Source: Pecten maximus (taxonomy: Eukaryota). Taken from it: a stretch of 64,000 nucleotides of DNA. The DNA lies in the NCBI RefSeq assembly GCF_902652985.1, contig NC_047015.1, positions 34,410,001-34,474,000 on the forward strand, written 5' to 3'. The position numbers and the translations under genes were made by a program. A model generated the notes under the pieces. It had not been told where the DNA came from and ran no database searches. It was given only the letters and a program-made list of their open reading frames with translations. Below are positions 41,426 through 54,699 of this stretch, piece by piece (position 1 is the stretch's first letter; every line of letters begins with the position of its first letter).

Positions 41426-42690
41426 TTTGTTTGCGAACAGGACAAAACACTGCCACGTTAAAGCTAAATTAAGATTTGAGCATTCCGCTTACAGCGTTAT
41501 AATGTCGAGCAAACCTCTTATAAAACAGGGTGTTAGTTTTTAATGTTTTTAATTCTGGAAGTTACAAAATACAAAACATTTTTTATTGATTTGTGGCATT
41601 AGAATACACTACCTCGGGTTTTCAACACCAGAAATAGTCCGTCAGTTTTCGGGTGTTTGGTTTCCCTTCTTAGATTTCTAAACTTATTTTTTTTCACACA
41701 CCTATATGTGCTCTCTTATTCTGGTATTTTGGCTTGTGAAGGTCATTTCAGACCCAGTCAAGTTATACATGATACCACCCATTCAGTCACCTTTTAAAGA
41801 TTGGCCGTTTATTTTCCCTCAAATTTCGTTCTAAATGAAAATATTGACGAAGTTGTAAGTTTTTAGTCAATACCAAATTTGTAAAGTAACTCGCAGTGAA
41901 TACATGGTACGCCTTCTCCGACACAGGGACTTGGTAGGGATTCTAAACTCACAGTTCATATCATATGTAGATACTATGATAGATATATCATGGATGAGGA
42001 GTTCGTGCCAAGTTCCTGTGCTCCGACGTATCGAAAGCTGACTAGTTCCGAACGATCACGTGGCATTTCGCTATATACAACTGAAGAAATATGACTATAA
42101 AAGAGTGACGATTCTCAGAAATAAGATGATAAAATCATAATGATCAACGTTGAAGTGATTAATGGGTCAATCAATAAGCCTTTCATACAGGCATTCCATC
42201 ATAATTGTGTTGTCATGAAAAAAATAAATAAATAAACAACAAACAAACAACCTAGAACCATGATACTCGGGAAACCAACTGTTTGTGAATTGACCTCATT
42301 TATGTTACAAACTCATACGTTGTTTTTTCTGTCATAAATCAAGCTTAGCGACTGAAATATACATTAACTCCAAAACAAAAAGAGAAAAAAATGTGCAAAC
42401 CGTTTATTATATATCCGTGTATATACATACGTATCATACAGTAACAACAGATGTATTTAACATACCTTTTTAAAAAGTAGTAAACCTTCTAAAATAATGA
42501 ATGTAGTTTAAATGCATGCCACGAAGTGTCTGTACACGATCCGGAATATTGTCATCTATGACTTGGTGGACGATTGCTTCACATAACAAATGAACACACA
42601 TGCACTCAAGGAGAGATTGGCATGATATTTCCTGTCTATTTCAAACGTTTATAAGCACTTGAATATATGTATTGTCTGATCAAGGTCAGC

Positions 42691-43552
42691 CTAAAACTTG
42701 ACCTTGCCAGGAATGTATTTGTCCATGAGGGCGCTGTAGTAGACCTGGAGCTCCTCCACATTCGGCGTCACCGCACTCTTGGTGTAAAGGTCAAACTTAT
42801 TGAACTCGTTGATCCAATCCTTCATCTCCTCGTCTTTGTTGTTACACAGATATTCGTAAGCCCCACTCGTGTGCCAGGGATAGAAAGAGTGGTAGCGGAT
42901 CATGTACAGACCCTCTTCCGGTATCCTGCACGTGTTGAGGTCAGAGGTTAACACGCGGTACAAATATTCATCATGACCCCAAGACATGTTCACGTTATTC
43001 CAATCCACAGTTTTCATCATAAATGCCGAGTCTTGTGTTGTATTTTTCGTTTTTCATGTCCGGATTATTCTTAAAACTTTCACGCCCGAATACGACCCTG
43101 TCATCAGGGAGACAGCCTACAGGAAATGTGTCGCCTACCGTGGACCATTGTGGCTCGCCCCAGTGAGCCATGACTTTTCCAACATCGTGGATCAGACCTA
43201 CCACGTGGAACCAGTCTTTATCCGGATGTGTCTTCCGGATACCCTCGGCAGTTTGATAACCATGTAAGGAATTCGGAATGTCAACGTCAGGATCACTTTC
43301 GTCCAAAAATCCGTCAAGCGAGTTCAGGGCTTCCATCATTGTCATTTCGGCATGATTAAATTTGCAATATTGTTCGATCTTACCTCGGACATACTCCACT
43401 GTCTGGAAAGTATGCATTTTTTTGTAAGTTTCAATGACTCGATCTGGACACGTATGGATGTTGAAATTCCGGTACTCCTTTTTGTCTTTGTACTCCGGCC
43501 GGTATTCTGAGGGGTCGGTTAAAACGATTCGTTTCTGCTCCGTAGTAGCCAT
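42691..43552 (-). CDS. MIOX: Myo-inositol oxygenase, intronless, about 286 aa after removing one extra base near 43000 (assembly error or recent pseudogenisation)
   Basis: ORFs 42995..43552 and 42691..43020 join at CGL(D/N)NVNMSWGHDEY. Motifs DESDPD, HGYQTAE, HDVGK, PQWSTVGDTFPVGC, WGHDEY, RYHSFYPWH and FNKFDLYTKS are all present. Confidence 0.93.
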
Positions 43553-43757
43553 CTTGCGTGTCGACTCTCTTCAGTAATACAGTAGCGGTGTTTGCTCCAA
43601 ATGCAGGGGTATATCTGTGCCTGCCGCGATAGTCGCTTCAATATTTAATGTCTCTCGTCCTAGATAAAACCCAAGGTTGACCTCGGGGCGGCTGTCCTCA
43701 ATGATAAACCATACAAAGCATTGACATTTCACCTTGATGCCGTAGTGTTTCCGATAA

Positions 43758-43842
43758 ACTCGGTAAACAGTCCCTGTGTAGCCTATATAGAATAACTGTA
43801 TCAGCCATTCTATATAGGTTACACAGGGGCTGTTTACCGAGT
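43758..43842. repeat. 85-bp hairpin (36-bp arms, 2 mismatches) upstream of MIOX
   Basis: ACTCGGTAAACAGTCCCTGTGTAGCCTATATAGAAT versus ATTCTATATAGGTTACACAGGGGCTGTTTACCGAGT. Confidence 0.85.
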
Positions 43843-44322
43843 CAGTTGTTACGTCAGTAGCAAGACCAGGTCAACCAACTCCATATGTGATGAATCCATT
43901 AGTGTTTTTTTTAAAGTCCCAGCGGATATCATCCCATTAAACACAAAACATCACGTGGACTGTAACATAACATTTCCCATAAAACCAGGTGCGGAATTGC
44001 TACCCATAGGAGTCAAGCCCAAAAAGTTGAAATAAGTTGAAACAATAATAAAAAATACCTGGTTAGTTATAAGCAAGGTTTTCCGAGCTACACCTCAAAA
44101 CCGTCTTCCTGATATCTTTACAACTTCCTTCACATATCAGGCTAGACCCCTGGTTGTGCCTCCTCTAATTTGTCTTTGTTTTGCTATTTTGAAATATCTT
44201 TTACCTTATGAAAGCAAATAGTAAGAAATATAAACTTTTAACGTGCCTTATTATTTCATTAGTGATATTTCTCAGTTACCATGGAAAACAATTGGTCAGA
44301 AATACTTTTTTGGTGATTTTTA

Positions 44323-44613
44323 TGTTTGTTTGCTGGGTTTATCGCCCCCTGAACAGCGGAGGCGGAGTCTCCTTGTAGGATTTGTTGACTACCTCACTGT
44401 ACAACACACGGGATGCCCGTCGCATGCTATGCAGAGCAAAAGGGCAAAGTGTCTTGCCCAAATACAGATCCATGACAGCACAGTCTGGCACGATTCTCAG
44501 ATTCCCGAGATACTACAAACTGAGACGCCAAGGGAGCGTGGAACCAAGTACCTCGGACCTTCACCCTGAAGTTACTTGACTGGTGTTCTAACCGACTGAG
44601 CTATCGTGGCCCC
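44323..44613 (-). mobile_element. tRNA-derived CORE-SINE copy
   Basis: Minus-strand head GGGGCCACGATAGCTCAGTCGGTTAGAAC, B-box-like GGTTCCACGC, CORE motif TTGGGCAAGACACTTT. Confidence 0.8.
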
Positions 44614-45875
44614 TGTCTGCGAGCTGCAACTTGAAAATCATTCCTCTGATCTCTAAACCGTGGTCGCTGATTTTGGCCATGTCGCACCGTCGTATTGGCG
44701 CCCCACCATGCGAAGAGCGAGGATGCGCCAGTGCGCCAAGCGAAGAGCGACAATGTGCCATGCGAAGAGCGTTCATGTTGTCGCATGGCGCGCTGTCGCT
44801 CTAGTAAAATAAAATCTCTCATTGCCATGGAGCTCCACAGTGGAGTGTAATGGGCTATATATACATGTATACATTGAGCACAGAGCAGCAAGGTATCACG
44901 GGAGGGAAGTTTGAAGTCTGACATCACTGTCGTGTACCCATTACCGAGTCTAATTCGTAAATACTCGAAATTTATATATATCACAAATCCTTCGCAAAGT
45001 TCGACAAACTGTTGAATTCGGCATCGATCTTTAGCTCATTTTGAATCTTCACTGTCAGAAAAGCTGTTTTAAGAGATATGATGTTGATACTCACGACCCT
45101 ATATACATTTATACGAGTTGTCAGAAGATAACATAGCTTGCCGAGTGAGTTGAAATTCAGAATTAGTTCTTTTTGAAAGTAGGTCAAAGATCACGGCCAA
45201 GGTCAACATATCCACCAAAACAAAACCAATAGAAAATCTTGTCACACGGAAAACAATATCTACAGTGATCAAGGTTAAAGTTTTTCCAAAGTAAGACAAA
45301 GGTCACGGTCAAGATCAGCCGGCCAGCAAATGTACTACCGACGGGAAGGTTTAGGTTTAGAAATGTTTAACGTCCTATCAGTAGCTAAGGTCATTTAAGG
45401 ATGATCCCCCATATATACTATACTTTGGGAGGCTGTGGTATGTTCGTGTTTGTCGATAAATTTATAATAGAAAAAGGAAGGTGGAATAATGTTGCACGAG
45501 AAGAGTGCATTTTGACATTGTAATGATGGAAAGGTTGGAGACGAGTTTCACTATCTATTAGAATGAACTAGATTTACCAGTAAAAAACGTTTTATTTTAA
45601 AGTTTTTTTTCCTGTTCGATAATAAATGTAATTAAATTCCAATCCTTAATGAATACTAATGATTCTGATTTGCTAAAAAAAATGTGTAAATTTATCCCAT
45701 TTATATTAACTCACTTTTACAAAGGTATCTACATTGTACCCGGTATTTCATCAACAGTGAACACCATTATTATTTGTATATATGTATTGTAATGCTGATT
45801 CTCTATGTTGTAAAGAGAGTGAAATAAAACTGTTCAGAACTGTCCCCTCGAGATGGCGCGGAACTTATGCCGACT

Positions 45876-46052
45876 TGGTAGTGCTACTTCAATATACTGT
45901 CGAAGACCACCAGCAGAACACCCCACATTATACTGACAACGGGCGACCCAGTCGTCCCACCCCCAAATGCTGAGCGCTGGTATGTCTTGACAAGGGGACA
46001 GGACCCAAAGTCTTCCTCAAGGGGCGACCGCTCAACTAAAGGCCACCAGTGA
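45876..46052 (-). mobile_element. Probable degenerate SINE fragment (Meta-domain-like)
   Basis: Weak tRNA-like head followed by GCGCTCAGCATT..GACTGG..TCAGTATAATGTG..TAGCACTA; recalled similarity only. Confidence 0.35.
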
Positions 46053-46367
46053 GGCATTGTGAAGGGAGACATTAGGAAGAAATGAGTTGCTAGAAAGAAG
46101 AGAAAGTACAAAATTCCAAATTTAGTCGCTTCTACGGTCATGCAACGGGGACAGCAAGTACAATTCTTGCGTCCCACGTGCAGCAATGGAAAGGTATTGT
46201 CATAAGGAACAAACAAGTGAACTTTAATATGTATGCTTATACGTATTGACACAACACTTTCTTTTTGGTAGAAATAACTTTTACCTAATTATTCTGTCTA
46301 CGGAAGACGCCGAAATCGACGTAGACGCCGAGGGAATAACAATAGCCCCCTTGGACTTCGTCCCGGC

Positions 46368-46511
46368 CACAGGCGCTTGCATAGAAAATATGACTTTCAA
46401 TTTTTTTTTGATATGACAGTGGTATGTGTAATCTGTTAAGCTGCAGATTACACATACCACTGTCATATCAAAAAAAAATTGAAAGCCATATTTTCTATGC
46501 AAGCGCCTGTG
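46368..46511. mobile_element. 144-bp near-perfect palindromic MITE, P-element-like; same family as 54700-56110
   Basis: CACAGGCGCTTGCATAGAAAAT termini; perfect 8-bp TSD GTCCCGGC (46360-46367 and 46512-46519). Confidence 0.88.
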
Positions 46512-48179
46512 GTCCCGGCGAGTTAAAAACGAAGGGAAATAATTTTTGTTTACGTTACGGACTGCGGTCCTTAGCGTGAACATCACATTGCTTAAAAGCG
46601 GATGTCACTGGAGTCTCTGACAATTAAGAAAAACACCAGATCGAATAACGCCTCGGTGCCGAGTTCGCCAAGCTTTGTGTAGGATTCAGTTTTTAATGAA
46701 CTAAACAGCAGCAGACAAATTCTGAGTTAGACTTTGTTTCAGTTGGCACTTGTCTAGGTCTGAGTGTAGTATAAATAAGTGATTGAGAGCTTAAAATATA
46801 CTCGTGACCATCTTGAAACGACTATTCCTCATCGAAAACTCGACTGTGGGTATATTGTAGATGTTTGATGCTCCAGGTGTCACGGGCTCTGTAGTATATT
46901 TTTAATGTTTCATAATAGAAACAATGATCATATCTATGTGTACATAGCTGAATATGTAACTCAGGGGAACATAGCTTATTTCATTTCCTCGCAATCGGCC
47001 GATTACATATGTCTAAAAGATATCCACTCGGGTCTTTCTATTATATCTTACGAATTTCCGATTGGTTGTGATCCGCGTGACTCTTATCGGATCAAACTGA
47101 GGTCATACCTACACGATATCTCCAGTGGGTACTCGACTGTCTTTAGAAATAACTATAGAGTCAAATTCAGGGCCGATCGGCGTGAGAAAACAGCGAATGA
47201 GATAATACTGGGTTACACGTGTAGGTACCGGTAGTGTGCATGGTTATACCTTCGCACTGAGGTCAAAATAGGCGCCTGTCATTATCAATATGGTGGCTGC
47301 ATGTGTTCTCGGCCATAGATGAAGTTCGACGGTTCGGTACGTTTTGACAGAAAGTTTTTGTTCTGATAAAATCAATGGCGTCATGTGTGCAGTCCTTTCG
47401 TAAGCAATGGAAATTCAAAAAGTAATTGATAAGTAAGAAGACAAGAGAAATAATTAAGCTAACTAATAAAAGAAAAAAGTGAAGAAAGGCCAATTGTAAA
47501 CAAATGATAAGGTGGCTTCACTTTACATGGTCCATTTTACCATAATGGTATTTAGACCCCGGTTAATTCCAACATGCTTCAAAATACACCGGTATCTAAT
47601 TTATCTATTACAAAGCGTAAGATTATACACTATATGTAATAGTTTTATAAAATGGCACAAATCCCTTTGTAAATAAAGGTCATGACCTACTTCAGGAAAA
47701 TAGACTAATCCATGTGTGGCGCCGTCCTTATGAAAGCAAACATGTAAACACTCCTATATCTGAGTGTCATGGGAAACTCGAGTCGTGGTAACTGCAAAAT
47801 GCATGATCATGCACACAAACACTAGTCCCCAGACAGATCTTATTGTAGTAAATATGTCATCATTTAACCCCAACATGTTCTATTCAAACACTCCTTGTTA
47901 TCGCTATTTCGTGAAAAGTACCCGAGGGATTTTCCTCAAATTTCACATTAGTGGTCGCTAGTTGTGGCAGTTCATTTTTCACCGACAGGTTTGTTCTCAC
48001 TCCTTCTTAACAATCACATCATTGATTGATATTTATTGGTTCTATGTACGACTGATCATTTCTCTGCTTTTCCTTCTTTCCTCATTTCCTCTTAATAATC
48101 ACAAAGAAAACCTACATATGAAATCAAAGAAAGATTGTTATCCAAATCAAAACAGAATAGACACAACGAAGCACAAAGA

Positions 48180-48480
48180 GGAACCTATATGTCTACAAGT
48201 CTGAGAAATATCCCTACATTACTTTTCAAGGAACCTATATGTCTACAAGTCTGAGAAATATCCCTACATTACTTTTCAAGGAACCTATATGTCTACAAGT
48301 CTGAGAAATATCCCTACATTACTTTTCAAGGAACCTATATGTCTACAAGTCTGAGAAATATCCCTACATTACTTTTCAAGGAACCTATATGTCTACAAGT
48401 CTGAGAAATATCCCTACATTACTTTTCAAGGAACCTATATGTCTACAAGTCTGAGAAATATCCCTACATTACTTTTCAAG
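48180..48480. repeat. 50-bp perfect tandem repeat, 6 identical copies
   Basis: GGAACCTATATGTCTACAAGTCTGAGAAATATCCCTACATTACTTTTCAA x6. Confidence 0.95.
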
Positions 48481-49565
48481 AAAAAGCAGCAATAACAAAC
48501 TTGAATTGTCAAAATCCAAGATGGCCATTTGTCGGCCATTGTGGCACGCTTAGGAACCAAGGGAAAGCTATATGTGAAGTTTGTGAAATATCCTTTCAGT
48601 ACAATGTACAGAAATATTGATTACGAACTTCAGTTGTCAAAATCCAAGATGGTTGCCTGTCGGTCATATTGTTTTCCCCAGTCAGACTCAAAATTGAATG
48701 GGTACAACTCGGGACCAAGGAGAACCTACATGTGATGTTTGAGGGATTCCAAAAAGTGAATGTAAAAATATATGTTAACAAAGAAAGAAAGAAAGAAAGA
48801 AAGAGAGAATGAAATGACGAAGGTAACACGATTTGCTGTTTATAAGAAAGTATACTAGAAGTTCTACAAACAAGTTCTACCTATGATCTTATAGCTTGAT
48901 ATTGGTAAGTTTGAAAGATGACGAAAAGTTGAATATCGTCTTTAGTTTTGCATTATATCCGTCAATTAACGTAACAACACGTTATGTTATACCGTTAGAA
49001 AATTTTAATATTCACAGTTTAAAACCTGTTTTCTCCCATCAAATAAGTACATACTATCGGAAGTCCTCATCACCAACGTTATAAAAGCAATACAATATAG
49101 TAAAGTGTATCAAAATAAAGTTTGCCACGCCCCATTCCGTAACATAACCAGATAGGGTCCATCTAGTCAGATGGAAGTTGACATACGAGTTACATAAACA
49201 ACAAAATAACAAGGACGATTTCTTCAAAATAAATTAGAATGTAGTAAAATATACAATTTGTGTCTATATACAAATGTAGGTCTATATATTAAACGAGAGG
49301 CATGCTTTATTTTAAAGAAAAATATAACGTTTTAATAATACATTGATTAAGTTTCCTTAGAAACTGATTTAACACGCCTTGAAACTATAGATACACGTAT
49401 TTCATTTTGAATAAAAAAAATCCAGAAAGAGGAAAGAGTAAAATAGTTTTGTAGGAGTTAGTTCCTCTGTCCTGGATGATATCACACGAGGGTTTGTTTT
49501 TAAGAAAAATAATGTATCAAAATAGCATATTGATTGACGCTTGTTTCATTTTGATTAAAAAATAG

Positions 49566-51015
49566 TTAATTTTCATGGAGAGGAAATCGAAGTAAAGTTT
49601 CGTAGGAGGAGTAACTCCCTCTGCCTTGGATGGTAAGTCGGTCGTTGTAAAGGTATGCTGTGGCATAGGAATCGGATTCCATACTTTCGACAGTTCCCGG
49701 AAACGTCACGTGAAGGATACCGGAAGTATCGACACTACTTCCGCCCTTGTGATCATGACCGGCCAAGTAGCAAACGACACACCCACTGAACTCGGTCACG
49801 ACGTCCATGGCATCAGTACAATTCAATAATAAATCCATGTTGTCTGCACTTTGTTCAAATATAGGACAATGACCTGGAATATCAAATAAACAAATAAACT
49901 ATTTGTGTCTTCACAGCTCACACATGTATGTAGGTATGGTTTAGAGGTCAATGAAAATACAATTTTGTAATACAGTTTATTACGGTATTTGAACTTTATC
50001 GCCCAATTGGAAATAAATATTATGAAGATGTGCACTAAAATTATCATTTAAATAATTATGTCGTGATGGGACCATCCATTATGTCTTTTTGAATTCATCA
50101 ACATTCCTTAGCCTAAACGAGGAAATTCCCAAACTTAAAATTTTCTGCATTGGTGAAACTTGCACCTGCTATTTACGTTGTCTCGAGGCCGTTGTAAGCT
50201 GAAGATTCTGATGGCGCATCTTGTACCTGGTAGTGTGGTTCCGGTTGTGTTGTGTATCAAATTAGTCGAATACTAGCAATTGGGGTCGCTGATGAATACC
50301 TGTGTTTACATTTTTACTTACCCATAACAATAACATTCTCTCTGTTTGATGTAGCCTCTCGGAGGTGTTCCTTTAGCCATTCTAGTTGTGACACGGATAA
50401 GGCACCATTCAACTTTAGAAAACGACGACATTTTCCATGAAGTCCATCCGGATCGTTCAAATTCTCCTTAGGGTTGTTCCCCTTTATTATCGCCTCGGCT
50501 TCTTTATACTCAGATGAGTCTTCCGGTAACCCTAGCATGCTTATTTCATAACAGTTCAGCACGACAACTTTCAACTTACGGTGTATGTTGATTGAGTAAT
50601 AAGATTTTCCTTTAGGACATTCACATTTGGGCATGTTACCGCTAAATAAAGTGGAGCGCATGAGTTCTTCTTGTGTGAAGTTATACAGTTCATGATTTCC
50701 CCACGTGTGGTATATCGGCCCCGGAAATGCTTTGAGTACCTCCAAAATCGTAGTTAAGGCACCTTCGGAAGCGTTCTCCTCTTTGTTAAATCCATCAATG
50801 ACATCACCCAGTTGAAGGACACAATCGACTTTTTCAGCTTTCCAGTCCGTGATTGCCCGCTGTAGCAAGGTCAATGCCTTTCGGTAAAATCTCAAACGTG
50901 TTTTCCGGAAGTTGTATCTATCTTCTATGTCAGCGTACTGGACATCTGCAATTATTCCCAGTTTACACACTACTTCCTTCCCCCGGATCAACTCGGTATT
51001 TCCGTTACAATCCAT
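49566..51015 (-). CDS. ADPRM: Mn-dependent ADP-ribose/CDP-alcohol diphosphatase-like protein, paralogue A, 2 coding exons, about 333 aa
   Basis: Exons 51015-50322 and 49873-49566, phase-1 GT-AG intron. Metallophosphoesterase motifs with the ADPRM-specific D-x-Q: IADVQYAD, LGDVIDG, GNHE, GHCP, AGHDHKGG. Confidence 0.9.
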
Positions 51016-51339
51016 CTTGGTAACGATACCTGAAATTAGTGCGTCAGTAACTTATGATTATCATATATATATTACTATTTATATTATTTTTCTCTCGGTA
51101 CAACTACGACAGGAAATTCAAATCTATATATGATACATTGTGCTAATAAATAGATATATAACTTAGCAACACAAATGACGTATTTGAGAAATCAACATGC
51201 ATTACGAAATTGTATACAAATGATAATTAAGTCACTATGGAAATTGTTACCAAGTCCCTGTGTCCTGTTTGACGTCATAATGAACTTAAGGAGAAGACTT
51301 TTTACTTAAAAATGTGACGATGTATCATGTATACTATGC

Positions 51340-52634
51340 TCAAATTCAAGTTCATTTATTACTTTGAGTCTTACGACTCATCAGTGTAAACATATGATAT
51401 ACAGTATATTTACATATATACAAAATGTTAAATTGGCCACAGGAGAATGAACAAAGCAATAATATAATATAATAGTAACATCAATCCATATTATTATTAC
51501 AATATATATATATATATCTCATGCTTGTGATCGGCACTTATTTGCCGCTAACAGATATTTCCCAAGATTACACAAGTCTTTAACATTATTTGTATTAAGT
51601 AATTGAGTAAGCTTATATACACTTGGATTATTTCTATAATAATATTTTAAATACTTCTGTCTTAAATCAGAATACCTAGTACAAACTAAAACAAAATGAA
51701 ATTCGACTTCTATATCATTAAGATTACATAGAGTACAAACTCTTTTACTTCTATCAATGCCAACATATCGCCCAGATTCAATATTCAACTTGTGAGCTGA
51801 CAGTCTGAGCCGAGCAATTTCTTTCGTATAGCTGATATTAACTGATTTTGTTAGATACGATTGTAATAGAATTTTATCATTTACTTCCCTGTAAAGCAAA
51901 CCTTTCGACATATCTATAATAGCACTATATCCATTTTGATTAAAAATGTCAAATAATCTTTCCTTAATTATTGCAAAAGTAAAATCGTTTCCATTCTGGG
52001 CGTCCCAAATATAACCTAAGCCTAAGCGATTCAAATCATCTTTGATTTCACAGACCCATTGGTCCTTAAATAGGAGCATATTTTCATAACACGATTTCAA
52101 TATACAATTTTCAGTATTGAGCAATTTAAACCAATATCTAAAAATTCTAAGTTTCCTTGTTATGTACATGGATAACGGCCTAATTCGAAATATAAAATCA
52201 TATTTGGAGTAGATTTGCGCACACCTAACAACCTTTTACAAAAATTGACATGAAGTTTTTCGATATCATAGCCTTTATGGAATCTCCATATTTCTGAACC
52301 ATAATTGACTATGCTACTGACATATGTATCAAACACTGCTATTTGAGTCTCAATATTAAAATACTGTTTCTTACATACCCTCATTAATGCAAATAATGCT
52401 TTTCGACCTTGTTCAGATATTTTTTTCTGTGTTTGTTTAAATTTTCCATTATAATTCAATAAAACTCTAGATAGTTGAATTCATTCACTATCTCTAAAAC
52501 ACACCCATCATATTTCCAATTTTCATTATCTTTCAATTTCCCCCCATTTCTAAAAACAACAATCTTTGTCTTGGAAGTGTTTACAGTTAGGCCCCACTTG
52601 GTAGTGTAATTAAGCAGGGAGTCTATAGCATTTT
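51340..52634 (-). mobile_element. 5'-truncated non-LTR retrotransposon (RT C-terminus plus CCHC-type zinc knuckle; RTE-X/CR1-like)
   Basis: WGLTVNTSKTKIVVF..FNYL, YGSEIW, ELGRYP, RLSAHKLNIESGRY..CTLC..EFHFVLVC..Y over three frames (two 1-nt deletions); 3' end AATAAATGAACTTGAATTTGA. Confidence 0.9.
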
Positions 52635-53081
52635 TATCTTCTATGTCAGCGTACTGGACATCTGCAATTATTCCCAGTTTACACACTACTTCCTTCCCCC
52701 GGATCAACTCGGTATTTCCGTTACAATCCATCTTGGTAACGATACCTGAAATTAGTGCGTCAGTAACTTATGATTATCATATATATATTACTATTTATAT
52801 TATTTTTCTCTCGGCACAACTACGACAGGAAATTCAAATCTATATCTTCGGATCACCAACACAGAGTGTATATGATACATTGTGCTAATAAATAGATATA
52901 TAACTTAGCAACACAAATGACGTATTTGAGAAATCAATATGCATTACGAAATTGTATACAAATGATAATTAAGTCACTATGGAAATTGGTACCAAGGCCC
53001 TGTGTCTTGTTTGACGTCATAATGAACTTAAGGAGAAGACTTTTTACTTAAAAATGTGACGATGTATCATGTATACTATGC
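52635..53081 (-). pseudogene. Duplicated ADPRM-A 5' fragment (intron end, acceptor, first 32 codons) fused in frame to the LINE
   Basis: Direct repeat of 50919-51339 with about 5 substitutions and a 26-bp indel; ORF 52456..52731 reads MDCNG..ADIED then KNAIDSLL (LINE). Confidence 0.85.
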
Positions 53082-54699
53082 AGATATGATAGGCGTTCGT
53101 TTAATACATTATTGCGGGACAGCATACTTTGATGAAGTTGTCGACATCTGATTATTAAAAAGAATGTTGACGACTGGTAATTACTAGGTCCTACATATTG
53201 CCTGCACATGGACTCTTGCAAGTCTATACATACGGGTATTCATTAGATATACACTGTACATGCACACTGCAAGTCAGTCTAATTATAGTACATGATCGAC
53301 ACGTTGTATGTTATAATCAAAACATTTGTGCCCTGATACACATACTATGTACAAGTTTAAATAACGTTTGGTTTCACCTAGGCTCTGTTCCGTCAGGTAA
53401 CCACATTAATATACTTAATGTATTACTTCAATACATTGTACACGTCACATGTTTAAGTACCTACTCTAATACTGTATTGTACCCCTACCTGTGTTGATCT
53501 GTTAATCTAGTGTATGACCTCTCTCTCCTTCTACATGTAGATAACGTAGGGTAGTTTATCTGTCGATATGACAACCTCGGCAAACAAGTATCATACTTGA
53601 ACTTGGATTTCGTCACCAATTGAAGAATTAAACAGGCTGTAATAACTTTGTCAATATTGTCACTGTAACTCGGTCGGGGTGGAAACCCAGAACGGGAGGT
53701 AACTCTAACACAAAATACACACGGAAACAATTCGTAACCGGATCTGGGTACGGATGAATAACACATGAGCTTTATGTACACATTACACACACGTGCTGTT
53801 GTCTCGTTCCCGATACACAGGCATGGTGCTCGTAAATCAATGCCCCCGGTTTGTACTTAGTATACTTAATTATTCATGAGAAAGATATATTAAACCTATA
53901 AATAATATACTGAAACAATATGGTTGCTAATTTGCTGTGTTTTTCTAACGTGATCACTGAGCAGGAATAGGTTTACTACGTGATCGAGCACCCCGATAAG
54001 TGTTTTAGTCAACTTTGCAATATAATAAACATAAAAAATCATAATTCCGGATTAGCATTAGTGGTGCTTGAAATACTTTTTAGACACCACCAAATCCACC
54101 ATAGCAAGTGGTAACAGAGGCCAATGGCTGGTTAACAGCTCGTGGAGAAAACAGGGAACCCAATGGAGCTGTATCACTGTATCTGTTAAACTGATAACCA
54201 CTTTATTCAAATGTCATTCTCGGCCCCACCGACTGCTAAGCTATCAAGATTCAAAATTCATTTATTTCTCATTCAACTAAATATATGGTACAGAAATAAT
54301 ACATTAACATACTACGATATACAGTATATAATAATATTGCAGCTTTGATTTACACAGGAGAACAGACATTGTCATTAATACATTTGATAAACTTACATTT
54401 TCTGAACTTTCTTATACTTGAACAGTTCATACTCTTTCACATAGTATTACCAAGTAAATTTCTAATTTGTATATTAAATTCTGGACATTCTGAAATGTAA
54501 TGAAATTAATCACCAGTTTTATTACTTCTACATGATTAACATATCCTTTCAGCTCTATCTATATTTCCCGCCACCTGTTAGTTTCAACTGGTAATATCTG
54601 ATTACATATTCTAAGTTTCGTTGTACCAAAGTGAAACGAAGGGGAGTAACTCTGATAGATCAGAATAGTCAATAAGGTCTCTGGGCCTCTCGGCGCTAC

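Noticed and set aside
42990-43025. Programmed ribosomal frameshift in MIOX
   Set aside because: No slippery heptamer or evident stimulatory structure; a 1-nt insertion explains it.
44560-44613. tRNA gene (also tRNA-like bits near 37280, 30410 and 63385)
   Set aside because: The first three continue into SINE bodies and none forms a full cloverleaf; they are SINE heads or fragments.
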